From NCBI GenBank assembly GCA_951406725.2, contig OX597821.1:10726001-10790000 (forward strand): a stretch of 64,000 nucleotides of DNA, read 5' to 3'. The first letter of the stretch is position 1. Every line of letters starts with the position of its first letter. This stretch comes from Octopus vulgaris (lineage: Eukaryota). The notes below the pieces were generated by a model that was not told the origin of the DNA, ran no database searches, and saw nothing but the letters and a program-made list of their open reading frames with translations. Made by a program: the position numbers and the translations under genes. Shown here piece by piece: positions 1 to 13,804 of the stretch.

Positions 1-740
1 ATGTCTAATATCCTAGTCATTATCAATTAAAAATATAATCCAACGCCCTTGTACAGCCGTTCCAACAGAGTTACACAAGCATAGAATTTTAAAAAAAAAC
101 ACTCGATGCCAGGAAGATCTTCAAAATGACTTATACATTTATTTTCTTAAAATACTACAGATCATACTCATGTATATACTTTGTGTCATGCACATTCCTC
201 TCTAGTAAATTATCCAGCTTTATTCTACAAAATATCAAGTACAATTTTCAGACACCAGCAAATGCTGTAGGACGCACAATACCTAATTTCATTACTACTG
301 TTGCCTATATATATATAAAGCAAATAGTATATGTTGTGCATATCACAGGTATGTGGTATGAACACTAATTTAAAGGAAAGAAACGCTGTGAAACTGAGAT
401 ATTTCTTTACCTTTGTCTGGAATTTTGTCAAAAGTTTAACTCGGAATTCTTTAGTAGTTTCTAAGTATCTATATTAAATTTATTCCGAACTGTATTCCCT
501 TGGCTTTCCTAATCACTTTCTTTTGATTTTTTAAGATGCTTTAAGCTAAGTAGAATTCAAACACGCATCACACATGTGTGTATATACTTGTATGTATTTT
601 CATGTATTTTCGTATAGGTCACACTGCTTATTTTAACATTGATAAAAAAAATCACACGGAAATTCAACTATTCAAACAACTGCACCGACGAGTATATCTG
701 CGTATGTGTGTATGTGAGCACACGCACACAAATACATGCA

Positions 741-759
741 TACACACACACACACACAC

Positions 760-811
<52 letters not shown>

Positions 812-812
812 A

Positions 813-873
<61 letters not shown>

Positions 874-983
874 TGTTTGTATATCTCCAAATTAAAAAAT
901 AAATTATGCATAAATTTATCTGTATATGTGCATGCATGTCTCTGCATGTTTTATGAACATGCGCTTCGATAAACATATACTGA

Positions 984-1029
<46 letters not shown>

Positions 1030-1035
1030 TATATT

Positions 1036-1066
<31 letters not shown>

Positions 1067-1090
1067 ACATATATACATACACATACACAC
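741..1090. repeat. Compound (CA)n/(TA)n/(TG)n microsatellite
   Basis: Directly visible dinucleotide tracts; source of the HTHT/IYIY ORFs. Confidence 0.95.
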
Positions 1091-2060
1091 TCGGCACATT
1101 AATTCAAGTCTACTAGAAAACACATTTGTCAGGATGCATAACAGTGTGTATAAATGGAGGTCTCTTTTTTTTTATAGTGCCGTTAGCACTAGAAACGTTC
1201 GTCTTCATCAGTCAGTATAATCTGCAAATACTTTTCCTGCAGTTCATATTCCAAAGTTGCTCAAAATTGTTATATATAAAAATAAATAAACATATAAAGA
1301 TAACCTCATTTAAAATTTGAGAAGATAAAACTGTAAATAAACCAAGCATTGGAGATATTTTAGTTCGCGTTATTTTCTTTCCTTTTGAGGTTAGAATGGG
1401 TTTTCTGTTGAATATATTATACAACCGTTTTCTTTTTTTTCATAAAAATAATTATTTGGTCTGGCACCATAAAATTTATGCTAATTCTAAAGACAGTATT
1501 TCATCTGTTTAAATCTGTTATCTCTAAGAAAATATAAAAAAAAATAAAACATTTACTTTCACTGATTAAATATAATTTTAGATTCATGTTTTAAGTTTCT
1601 AACTACACTAGTGTCAGTATGTTACAATTTTATAAAATTTTAGAAAAGTTACGTTTGCTTTACAATTCCAGTATTACATTGTATCTGATAGTTTAACGAA
1701 TCAAAACAGAGTTCAAACACTACTGATGAATATGAATGACATAACAGAGAACTATTCTAACAATTCGTGCGCTTTCGCTTCATCTGGTAGTATAATATAT
1801 TTGACAGTTGGTAGGGAAAGAAATAGTTGTAAAGAAATGATGTGAGGGAGAACGCTTTCGGGCAGAATCAACAGAAAGTGGCCGCTAACCACATGTTGGT
1901 TACTACCTACTATAAACAGAATCCAAGGAACATACACAAACAGCTCCAACATCAACCGCTTGAACATAATTCCTCACATACGAGATTAAACAAACATTCG
2001 GTGCTATCAATTCCTCAACAATACCTTGTACGTTTTGTACCTTAAAATGCAACTGATCTT

Positions 2061-2133
<73 letters not shown>

Positions 2134-5100
2134 GTACCTTGTTTTTCTGTTGTAAATAATGTTTTTCCCGTTTTCGTTCTCGTCCTGTTCCACGTCTCTG
2201 TCTTTCTGTTGTAACAAAATGGTTTTTCCGTTTTCGTTTCTGTTGAGTTTTACGTCTTTTTGTGGTGTCCTGTACGTATATATATTTATATATGCATGTA
2301 TATATACATGTAGATGTCGGTACGTACATATATGTTTGTATGTATGCATATATTTTATTTATTACACTATATATATATATATATATATTGATTATAATTG
2401 TGTATACCGTTGATAATATATATGGCATACGCATTCTTCTCGAGTAATATCTCCAACGTTATTTACTGATGTGAATCTTAGAAGACAGCATACAATAGAT
2501 ACGTAAATGCCTTGTTGCAATTTGTTACTGTTCATTTGTAGTATAATATATATAAAAAATTATATTTTTGACATAGGCGGCTCACACGCACGGTCAAGAA
2601 TTTCAAGATTACTTTTACAGTCTTTTTCAGTTATAGCTGACATTTCTTAGTAGCCATTTAAGAATGCCTCATTGCTTGAAGAGCTAGAATATATTGAACA
2701 TCATTTTAATGAAGTTTTGTGTATGCTCTAGTGGAAATGTATTATTTCTATCAGACAAAGCGATGACTGCGTAAGGGATCCTATTTTGAATCCATATTGG
2801 TTTTGTAGTAGATTTATATGACCTAAAAATAATAGACCCCACGCAACTTTTTCTCAAAGATTCACATAAAGAGTAAGATAAAACGATAAAATTTTTTTTT
2901 TAATGTTTATTTCTGAGATGCGTCAAAAATAAGGCCAATAATGTAAAAACTCGAACAATATTATTTCCTCGTGACTTAAGCAAGCAAATGTTCTTTCGAT
3001 TTTTGGGAAATCGGCAACAATTTTGAATGGCAGGAGAAAAGTCAATTATATAAGCCAAATGCTTACCTCCTAAAGCAGGAAAGACAAAATCCACATTAGT
3101 TGTCTTTCTTTTTAAGCCACATTGTAAAGTAACGGAATATATTCACTGATCATCAGTTGTTAGCTGTTAAGCAACATAAAAGTAAAATCTAACTATAAAC
3201 TATATGTATTTTCGTATTCTTGAAATGGTTATTCATAAGGTCGGTCATTTGTTGTACAATTACAATGTGGGTACTTAGCCTGTCACCTGGTAACAGACCG
3301 TACCCGCCCAATCATATTGGATTTTCCCTGCTGGGAGTTTTGCAACAAAATTACTAACCTATTAATAACCCAGAATTTGGGGTTTCTTTTCACTTTTCCC
3401 TCCTCACTAGTCACGGATCCTATCCAAATTGTTTCTTTGCACTGCTGTTCCTAATATGACTAAGTCATCATCTTTTACGAGAATGTATTAAACCTAATTC
3501 TGCTTCTCTAACTTCGTCGATTGGTGGATTTAATTCAACACAGACACAGCATCATCCATTATCTCATTATGAACTGTCTATATCTTGTAAATTCCCACCC
3601 ACTCATATTAAAATATATAGGTACACCTTGTGTTACGGAAGCATTCATTTTCAACATATCTCATCCATTTATATGGATCCATGATAGGAAATATATTTAT
3701 CGTCGGTTTTACGTTCCCTAATATTCATATAACAAGGAAATATATGGTAAACGCGATTTATGTTATGGAATTAATTGTTATGGTAAGCTTTTTCAGAACA
3801 TTGCACTTTCGTAACGTGGGTGCGTTTGTATATTTTGAAATAAATGCTCCTCTGTACGTACATCTTTCATGTTGGTGCACAGCGGCAGACAAAAGCGTTT
3901 ATACATAAACACGTGCTTTTGGAAGCGGTATATACGAAGCTTAATGACTTCCGTCAACAAAATCAATTATAAAAAAATATATATATGCATCCTTTCGAGA
4001 TAAGGAATACTAACAGGGAAGTAAGCATGGATATTATTGGAGTAATACCATGAATTTTGCGCTTGCATATATACGAGCACAAATACACAGAACACAAGAA
4101 ACGCAATGTCAGATTTTATGGAACCCATTCATAAGGGCTTTGCATTCTTCAGTTTCGCACCTTAAATTCTAAGTTTAAGTCGGTACCAAATTAACTTTAA
4201 CATTCATATCTAGATAAAAGGTGAATAAAATGCCAGTAATTTATCACCTACAGTTTAATATAGTCTACTGAAATGAAGAGATTTTACCGCAAATAACCAA
4301 ATAAATATGTTTAAGTAGTTTTAATAGCTATAGTGTAACTATTCTACATTCCATCATAGACATAGGACTGTAATCTTAACAACAGCATCCGATTTATTCA
4401 TGTCAGGAGGCTAACTCATTCGAAAATGGGTTGACATGTTCTGATAGCTCGAAGGCTCCGTATTAATGATTAGTAATTTGTTATATTCAGTAGCTGGTCC
4501 TACATCTTCCCACGATTCAACTACCATACAGAGAGATACGGTTTTCTTTGGATGTCTAGACCATGTTCTTGTTCGTCCTTGCCATTCCTGTTCCTTCAGA
4601 TCTATGATGTATGATCAAAGGTATATCTTCGATCCACTTACATTTTCTATCTTTAGGTGGAAGGATACCGTATTTGGTTCTAAATTGTAGTCGCTGCAAT
4701 ATTCAGTTTCCCTCGATTTGATATCTTATATTTTATGACTAACCGAGTAAGCAAATAGGAAATCGTAAGAAGTACATTTTTTTCCGTTTCCTTAGTAACA
4801 TATTTAATCCTTTCTGCAACTGTCACGCTGTTTTTAAGTCAATAGTGCATCCTATTACCACCTAAACCGTGATGTCTAATAAACCAAAATTATGCCCAAA
4901 ACTTATTACGTCGTTGTGACACTACTATGATTTCACTTTCTTTAGAAATTTATCGCAGAATAACACTCTAGTGTATTTATCGCACGTCTTTTCAACGAGA
5001 CGTCTTTTTCTTTAAGTCGGAATACAATCATCAACACAACAATGAGATCCTATAAAGAGAAAGCAACGTAGAAATACAAAATGTGTACTTGCTATATTTT

Positions 5101-5400
5101 CTTATTTAAAGCTGTTTTAGATATTAATTTAATAAATGCTTTTCAGGAAAAAGCATATTTTAGTAATTTTCTGGACAACGGGACAGTACTACTTTCCTTT
5201 TCCGGTGAAAGCACAACTCGTAAATTTCTAACTCCTTATTTCGTGTTTACACACCAATGTAACCTTAATGATATACTTTGATTATAGAGATCATAATGAA
5301 ACCTTAATCTTGTCCAAAATTATCTTTCATAATGGCTTGAAAAAAAAGATATTACACGTTGATATTAACATATATTTCCCTTCATATATACTTCTATCTA

Positions 5401-5578
5401 AGGCGGTGTATCTAAGGCAAAAAAGCGGTATTTCATCAGTCTTTACGTTCTCAGTTCAAAGTCTGCCGAGGTTGACTTTGCCTTTCATCATTTCGTGGTC
5501 GATAAAAAGTACCAATTGAAGACTGAGGTCTATATAATCGACTTACCCTAATATTGCTGGTTTTGTGCTAAAATTCAA
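5401..5578 (+). mobile_element. Degraded tRNA-derived SINE, family C (Nin/Deu-like core)
   Basis: aaggcgg head remnant, B-box-like gttcaaa, core gccgaggttgactttgcctttcatcatttcgtggtcgataaaaagtacc; related copies elsewhere in the window. Confidence 0.65.
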
Positions 5579-5654
5579 ATAAAAAATGTACTTCTGTCTA
5601 GTTAGCATTTTAATCGTTCCTCCATTAACTAACTTTATTAGTTTTCCTTTTCGC

Positions 5655-5840
5655 TAGAGGTACAAAGCCAGAGATTAAGGGAAGAGGCAAGACTATTTAT
5701 CTACCGCAGTGCTTGTGTGGTATTTTAGTTATCGACCCAGAAAGGATAAATGATAAAGTCGTCGTAAGCAGAATTTGAAATCTGAACGTAAAAAAAGCGG
5801 AGGAAATGTCGACGGTGATTTTGCCAACACACCGCCCTAA
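5655..5840 (-). mobile_element. Degraded SINE family C, inverted copy
   Basis: Reverse complement contains ttacgttcagatttcaaattctgc...gactttatcatttatcctttctgggtcgataa, homologous to 5401-5578. Confidence 0.6.
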
Positions 5841-6604
5841 TTGAGTTTATTAGTTATAATGCAGAATATTATTCTGAATCACATAACTGCCTAAGGCACA
5901 AGCAATTTAATAATTAGTTTTGCGTGTCACTACGTTGCTGAAATAAACGATAAATTATTCTCTGCAGTTGGCTAGTACTCAAGTAAAGCACCAAATATGA
6001 TCCATATCACAGGTAGTTCAATATGGCCGAGTGTAAACAGCAGAAAACCTATAATTGGAGCGTTGAAACATACACATAATAAGACGCAGGTAACATTCCA
6101 CCATCTAGGGCTTCGTATTTTGTGAATATACAAATCCTACACCCATGACACCAGCATCACAGCCACAGCAACTTCCACCGCCACCACCATCTCTACCGAC
6201 ATCATCATCATCATCACTCAATCGCTCTTGCATTTTCATCGGGCACAGTAGCCTATTTTTTCATTGCTATCTTAAGAGTCTCGTTCGATGTACTGGAGAT
6301 TCGGTTCTTTCATGATGACCTTGCTCACAAACATCTCTAAATATAGCAAAATGTTTCCTGTAAGTTGCAGCCGTTTTTCTGCCGTCATAGTCACATTTCT
6401 GTTCAAGAATAGTGACAGTATGTGAGTGCAGCAACCACCGAAACTTGACTATGCATGTAGTGAGGCACGGAATTTCCCATGCTTAAAGGTGAAATTTCAG
6501 GATTCCGTCTACGAAAATTCTGGGGAAGTCATATAATCTGTGTGGAGTATGGAGTTTTTTTGTTTTTTTTTGAAATTATAGGATTAATAATGTTTCGAAA
6601 TTTA

Positions 6605-6770
6605 TGACTCAAGGACAAGAAGTTGTGCTAAACAGAGACTTATTTTATCGACCACTAAATGAAAAAAGGCAAAGCCGAACTCAGCGGAATTTGGACTCAG
6701 AACCTAAAGACGGGGAAAATGCCACAACGTATTTTGCACGATGTGCTAACGTTTCTCCCAACTCACCCTT
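6605..6770 (-). mobile_element. Degraded SINE family C
   Basis: Reverse complement gttctgagtccaaattccgctgagttcggctttgccttttttc...gtggtcgataaaataagt matches the family C core. Confidence 0.6.
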
Positions 6771-6950
6771 TTTTAACATACCAAGGTGATTTACAATGAG
6801 AGAAACAGTACTCGCTTTAAGATGCCACATCTTTTGTATTTCAATTTCTAGGTCCATCTATATACTTAATTTGTAGGCATAATATTAAAACATACCATCA
6901 AAATAGATCGTCCAAGAGAATAGAGCAGTGTAAAGTTACAATTCAGTATT
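6765..6950 (-). mobile_element. Short RLE-domain fragment of an R4/Dong-like LINE
   Basis: Minus strand reads DLEIEIQKMWHLKASTVSLIV; homologous to 9340-9433. Confidence 0.65.
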
Positions 6951-7039
6951 TAGATCAGGTCAATATGTACGTTGAAGAATATGCTAATTCAATAACTGTT
7001 CCAGTGACCTATATAATATCATTTAGTTGGAATTTACAA

Positions 7040-7148
7040 ACAAACCAAAGGACGAAGATAGGTGTAAAAACAACAAACATGTATAATAGTTTAATGCTCG
7101 GGAAGGTAAGAAAGTATTTTACGTTTCGAGCCTACGCTCTTCAACGGA
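7040..7148 (-). mobile_element. Penelope pLTR-like repeat fragment with hammerhead-like motif
   Basis: Homologous to 43226-43350; minus strand ttgaagagcgtaggctcgaaacgta. Confidence 0.5.
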
Positions 7149-9079
7149 TCATTTTGTTGGTCAATTGTTCTCTTTCAAGAAAGACACTAAGATTGCATAA
7201 CCCCATATGGCTGTCTTTAAAATGGAAAGAGTATTGGTTAACATAATGTGAGACAAACATGCTAGATAATTATTCCCAACTGGAATATATTTGATCGTAG
7301 CAATAATCTGTCAGATCACCCGTGGGATTATAGAACAAAAATAACAATAGTATTAGGCGCAGTCACAAAAATAACACCCGAAATAAGAAATCTTTTAGTA
7401 TTTATATCATAACTGATATGCTAGAAACTATAGGAAAAAACAGACTAAAATAACACCTCAACATCTAAGAATCGTGCATTCCCAATGCAATTGTAGATAT
7501 GGATATATCCGACATAAGGTCTGGCTGGAAAATTTTCGATAGTGGCTGCACTATGTGTGGGCTGATGTGAATCTAGACAACCACAATGACAGTAGAAAGA
7601 AAGATGAGAATGCATTATTTTAGTATATTTGTCCTAACATTAGCTACGTCAAATTCATATTATACGTACTATCATTTTTTTTCGTCTAGTCAAACGTAAT
7701 CAACACAGAGCAAATATCAATTATTGATTTTCTATTTCAACTAATTCTATTAAAATGGAATTAACTTGTTGAGAATGTTGCAGCCAGTTTCATTACAGAT
7801 GATAATTTTGAATATCAGGTTTATTAGAATGTTAAACACATTTAGTGATGGTAGCGTAACAACTGTTTCAAACAAAACAAAATAGATTGCCTAAAAATGA
7901 AGTATTTTACAAAACATTGCCCAGTGATTAATTGAATTATAAAATTTATATTTTTTCTGTATTTCAATGTTTCTCTTGTGTTCATATTACAATTATGAAT
8001 TAAATTATAACTGTAATTAAATAGTTTATAATAAAATATTTGCGTGGCTGTGGGCACATGAGTTTCTTTGGGCAAGGTACTTCATTATATTACAAAGTTT
8101 TTTGTTACTATTTTTTAATCTTAACTAAGATGATGTAATGAAAAATATCTGCATGTAGTAGCTCAAACCGCTAGATCTGGTGATCTAGTCTCACCTAAAT
8201 ATCGATTACCAACTTAATAGAAAGGAACAAGTAAACGAACGAAATACTGCAATCTGTGGTCACAACTTAATTCTGGCTTATTCTTTCAAAGATGAGGGTA
8301 TATATTTTAATGCCTTTCGGATGCTGTTTCTATCAGTTGGATTCCTACATTGAGTCTACCATATAAGCTAGGCATTTCCTTAATCAGATCGATTATATAC
8401 ATGATCAAATAGATCAGCGATCATCTGTAGTGGCTGACAAGGAGTTTCCTTGGAAAATTCCCATCCCGATTTTTTCTTGTCCAATTCCCCTCCACCAGCT
8501 GTCATAACTGTCTCTCCGTTCTTCATGCTGCTTCTGATTAAATATATCATATTATCATTGAGTTGTCTCGGGTTCGCTTTTATTCCTGGTAGAATTTAAC
8601 TGGTCAACGGGTTACTACATGTAACTTAAGTTATAAACAAGATTTCTATCATCTTTCAACTACTTAACGTCATGGTAATCTTTCCTGTTCCTAAGAGACA
8701 AACGTTTTTGCAGAGGCTTGATTCGAGTTGCTATAACAAAGCTCTCTTTTTTTCTTTTTCAAAATTGCCCTTCTCAAATCGAATCCAGGATTTTCTTCCA
8801 CATACAACCTCAGTGAGTTTCCAAACTGTTCAACATGCTATCCTTGGCCTTCATCCTTGTTATTCTCTCCTTTTCAACAGTTGATATCGACTGTACATTA
8901 TTCACTCGTTCTTAACAGCATCACTATATGCATCATCATGGTCGTCGTCGTCGTCATCATCATCATCTTCACCACTACCACCACTACCACCCCACCACCA
9001 CAACCCTACCACCAGCACCACTACCACCAGCACCACCACCACCATCGGCAGCAGTAGCATCATCGTTATTTTCTTGTTT

Positions 9080-10358
9080 TTTAACATTTAATCTGTATGT
9101 TTGTTATAAATGGCTCGCCTCGAAAAACCCAGCGTCCTGGTTCGCCTGAAGGATAAGAGATGTTACAGTTTGACTGAAAGCTTGATGATGGGAAGTGTCA
9201 GGCGCAGTAACAAAAAATCTAGTACAACACAGACATCTAAATGCATTTTTCTAAGAGTGTGGTCAGTAACTGTCAGCACAATCTTTTGAATTTCTCTGTG
9301 ACATGGTTCACCCGCGATATTATCTAGATGCTTCTGGTAACCCTTTTTTAACATACCCAGGGCACTTACAATCAGAGAAACACTACTCGCTTTAAGAAGC
9401 CACATGTTTTGCATTTCACTTTCTAGGCCCTTATACTCTTTTACTTGTTTCAGTCATTTGACTGCGGCCATGCTGGAGCACCGCCTTTAGTCGAGCAAAT
9501 CGACCCCAGGACTTATTCTTTGTAAGCCCAAGTACTTATTCTATCGTTCTGTTTTGCCGAACCGCTAAGTGACGGGGACATAAACACACCAGTATCGGTT
9601 GTCAAGCAATGCTAGGGAGACAAACACAGACACACAAACACACATACACACATATATATATATATATACATATATACGACGGGCTTCTTTCAGTTTCCGT
9701 CTACCAAATCCACTCACAAGGCAATGGTCGGTCCGGGGCTATAGCAGAAGACACTTGCCCAAGATGCCACGCAGTGGGACTGAACCCGGAACCATGTGGT
9801 TGTTTAGCAAGCTACTTACCACACAGCCACTCCTGCTGAATTTGTCAAATTACCTTACATAAATATTTTTTATCAGTGCGAATACTTACATTTTTTTTTA
9901 TTCTACAAGTATTTTCTTCCGTCTCTAATAATAATGTCTGGTCGATTAGCCTCGATCGCTCTGTCCCTGTTGACTGGAAAATCTCAGAGGATAGTGACAT
10001 TAGTGCTTTCAACGGTTGGCTCGGATTGATAATCATACCAGTAAGTAGAAGTGCCAATTCTGTTGCCTTTGCATATTTTCAATGTAGATACTGCCCTACA
10101 CAATCGTGGCGACTTTTGGATTTGTGTGGTCTCACCTTAGAACTTCCTGAGACGAGATGGGCGATCGTTTGCGTTTAGTGCCAGAATAGTTTTGAAGAAG
10201 GTTAAACTGGTATCCTTTTGTAAACAAACTTGATCTTGTGCTACCAATACGAAACCTTCAGTCGCTAGATTCAGTCCTGAACTTTTTAGCCACTGATAGG
10301 TTGTTGCATGGTCTACACCGGCATTTCGACTTCGAACTATATACTGTCAATGCAGAAG

Positions 10359-10360
<2 letters not shown>
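9080..10360 (-). mobile_element. 5'-truncated degraded R4/Dong-like RLE non-LTR retrotransposon, interrupted by a SINE
   Basis: Minus strand encodes RHD.VGQYLH, NRPDII, FDKFS|KYKGLE (split by the SINE), MWLLKASSVSLIVSALGMLKKG and EIQKIVLTVT.HTLRK; 5' end abuts (ATT)n. Confidence 0.85.
9435..9836 (-). mobile_element. tRNA-derived SINE family A (~400 bp, internal microsatellite)
   Basis: Minus-strand head gcaggagtggctgtgtggtaag (A box)...ccgggttcagtccc (B box), internal (TA)/(TG) tract, tail aagtaaaagagt; five copies in the window. Confidence 0.9.
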
Positions 10361-10361
<1 letters not shown>

Positions 10362-10421
<60 letters not shown>

Positions 10422-10467
10422 GTTGTTGTTGTTGTTGTTATCGTTGTTGTTGTTGTTATCGTTGTTG

Positions 10468-10504
<37 letters not shown>

Positions 10505-10535
10505 CATTATTATCATTTTTGTTGTTATTATTATC
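10362..10535. repeat. (ATT)n/(GTT)n trinucleotide tract between two RLE elements
   Basis: Directly visible. Confidence 0.95.
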
Positions 10536-13500
10536 ATTTGTTTGATATTTGCTTTGCATTTGTACAAGTTCACTCCAATAAAAAGGAGGTGTGATTTTTA
10601 CCTGAAGTCATTCACGTCTATCTTTGTGTCAGTTTGAATGGTGAAATTCCAGAGTAGTGAGATGTTATCATCTTCAAGCAGTAGAGGTAGTTCTTGTTCC
10701 CACCAGTTTTTGCAAATTAACAAGTGAATATATTGTGCCGCTCTACCATGCTTGGAGAGATACTCTGTAGGCGCAACAAGACTGAACATGAAGACAGCAT
10801 GATGAATGGTTTCATTTTGTTGTTTACATACACGACATATTGGGCTACTGCTCTTCTTTCATATGCCGGCCTGTTAGTCCCTTTCTGGGTGGGAATTGAT
10901 CTTGGGCTGCTATGATAAACCCTTCTGTTTCTGATTTTAAACAAAAAGACACTGACCAATGATGGGTAAGTGCTTTTCAGCATCGACATTATTAGCTCTC
11001 TTTGGGTATTTTTCATTAGATGTTATTCTTGCCATTTATCAGTAAGAATATATAAGGCAGGAGTTTTACCACGGTTTTCATACGCTTATCTTTTTCTGTG
11101 TTTGTTCCCGGTATGTCTAATACTGGCATTTTTTGTATCTAGAATTCACTTAGATATTCTTTTGCCTGTGTTGTTACTGATTATGATGAATTCTTGTTTT
11201 CATTCTTGATATCCAGTCATCAGAGTATTTCAGGAAATGTGGAGGCCAATTGTGGCAATCTTCATTGCTAATTCCAGTACTAAATGTCCACGGACACCCT
11301 CTTTTCTTGACAGGTATAGACGTTCTATATTTGCCTTAGGGCAGTTCATTCTAGGCATTGTAAACGATTTTTGTAGTTTTCTGTCAATATTAGACATACA
11401 TTTCAGTAATTGACCAATGTCATTGAAACAGTTAGTCACGACCGCTATGGCTAAATTATTGATAGCTTCGATCCTGTTTCTGTCTTGGATTTTGCCCTTA
11501 CCCTGCCATAACATTCTCTTCTGATGCGTTCCTTCATCACTGAATGTTCGATTCATCACCTTCAAATACCTCTTGGTATTTGTAGCTCTCTGCTGGTTCT
11601 AACACCTTTATGACATACTACTGGCCAAGATTAGCTTTGAATGTCTCTCTCATTTTCCCTTTGATAAATGTACGTCTAGCACATCTATCGCGGCCAAATT
11701 GTATTCTGATGGCATCACTGAATTGTTAAATAATTGCTGGTAAGCCCTGTAATTGTTGGTCAATATTTACACAGAGCTTTAAATCATTTATATAAAAAAG
11801 ATGATTTATATTTTTATCAAATATTTTATAGCCTTATTGTACACCATCTAGCATATTCGTTAGAGATATTAAGGCAACGGCAAGACAGATGAGGAGCATT
11901 GATAGATTCATTGTCACTGTTCAAATTTATTTTCTTTTTTATAGTATATCCAGATTATCGACAAGTTTTGTGTCGTTGGAGACATTCTTTCAAGATCATC
12001 TCATTGATGAGTAGCTGATCGTTACAACCATAGGACCCAAGTTTACATCAACTTTCCTCATTAGAAAATTTGCCATTTTTATAAAACAAACTATAGATAT
12101 ATTCAGTCAAGGCAGATGTTAGCATTTTATATATTTTGTTAAGAAGATTTTGGGGCTATAATTTTTTGGTTCATTTGTTTCTTCATTTTTTCCAACTAGG
12201 AACGTCACACCATTGCCTAACCAAGAGGGGATCATACAAGGTTGTTGCAAAACATTGTTGTAGAGCATTATTAGCAGTTCATGAATCTCTATGATGGCAT
12301 TCTACAAGAAGTTAGGAATTTTATCCTTTACTGGAGACTTCCTTTTGCTTGAATTCCTGAGAGCAGATCTTACATCCTGTACCTTGATAACCTCCCACTT
12401 TTTCTCTTTCAGGAATCAGTAGATATTCTATCAATCCAAGGGGCCTTTTTATTAATTATTTTTCCTTCTGCCCAAATTCTATTCCCAAATTCTTGGACCT
12501 TTTTTGATGGGATAGGCTTTACTGTAACTAGTATCTTCCCTATCTTCTTATAAAAATTATTTTGGCTAGATTTGAACATGTGTTTGGAGAATCTAAAGCG
12601 AATTTCATACAGTGCTACACGAGCACTTTTAGCACATACCTTTTGCTTATTAGTTTCTATGAAGGCATCGATGTCAAGTACGCTTTTCATAAAATTTTTG
12701 ATAGCCTTTTCAAACTTAAGGTATTTCAAACATTCTATGTCAGACCTAAATAGCTGAATTGAGAATTGTCAATTGTCAATTAGGCTTTGGTCAAGGAGGC
12801 TTTTTGAGGGAATTTTGTCGCTTTCTTATTTTTTCACCACATAGAATCATTGAGATATCAACATCATTATCTGAAATTTTACTAATTACTTTCAGCCTTC
12901 GGTTGGCTTTGTGAATTTTTGGGGGAGTGTCACGTTCATTCATACTAGTTTCTTTAATATTCAGCCATTCAATCATAATTTGATTTTTTTTAGATCATCT
13001 AGTTTAGTTGGGTCAATTTCTGTGTGACTTTCTTCATCTATTTGGTTTTCATCTCCTTTTGTATTTATGTTTGGTTCAGAGAGTATTTCACTTATGAATT
13101 ACATTAACTATTTCTATCATTACTGCATTTTCATCAGACCTGGGATGGTCTGTAATTATTTCCTCTGTGGTATCTTCTTTAGGTGCAACTTCGTCCCTGT
13201 ATCAATCACTGATTATTTAATTTGATCATCGCTAATTCAGTTAGTAATTTCTTTTTCATAATATTTCTTCTGACGTTAGCAAGTTTGTTACTGTCTATGT
13301 ACTATCTTATTTCAAGGTGCTTCAGGCTCTAGTTGAGTTGGGTTTGTTCAGTATTGGATATATCTTGGGGGGAAATATATGACATGAGAGAAGGCCTTAA
13401 AAACTTCTTTATTATCTCGCCTAAAACAGTTTTCATTTGGTTATTTGATGATGAGCGTGGATAAAAATCTGTTGGAATATTTCGGTTGTGTGGTACATCC

Positions 13501-13566
13501 AGCCCCTGTGTTTCGGGAAGATTTGAAACAGTAGCTAAGCCCAGTAACGAACCCAGTCTCGTTCGT
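10536..13566 (-). mobile_element. Long degraded R4/Dong-like RLE LINE (N-terminal region, RT, thumb, partial RLE)
   Basis: Minus-strand ORF pieces: AINNLAIAVV, PKANIERLYLSRKEGVRG, EYLSKHGRAAQYIH, LLWNFTIQTD, FKSSQNNFYKKI; many frameshifts; flanked by (ATT)n on both sides. Confidence 0.85.
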
Positions 13567-13704
13567 ATTATTATTATTATTATTTTTATTATTATTATTA
13601 TTATTATCATTATTATTATTATTATCATCATCATCATCATCATCATCATTATCATAGCCATTTCTTAAGAGGAATTATTTGTAGTTTGGATCATTTATAT
13701 TTAA

Positions 13705-13804
13705 NNNNNNNNNNNNNNNNNNNNNNNNNNNNNNNNNNNNNNNNNNNNNNNNNNNNNNNNNNNNNNNNNNNNNNNNNNNNNNNNNNNNNNNNNNNNNNNN
13801 NNNN
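13705..13804. other. Assembly gap (100 N)
   Basis: Run of exactly 100 N, typical of an unsized scaffold join. Confidence 0.99.

Larger units (their letters stand above)
6667..13704 (+). repeat. Copy 1 of ~7 kb direct duplication (ends at assembly gap)
   Basis: Near-identical to 13805-20811 (same ORF series, scattered SNPs, microsatellite length differences); ends at the first N. Confidence 0.95.

Noticed and set aside
578-1123. HTHT/IYIY/CVCV ORFs here and throughout the window
   Set aside because: Dinucleotide microsatellites lack stops in several frames.
1-1800. Decayed coding sequence on the minus strand
   Set aside because: Protein-like patches but stops in all frames and no recognisable motif.
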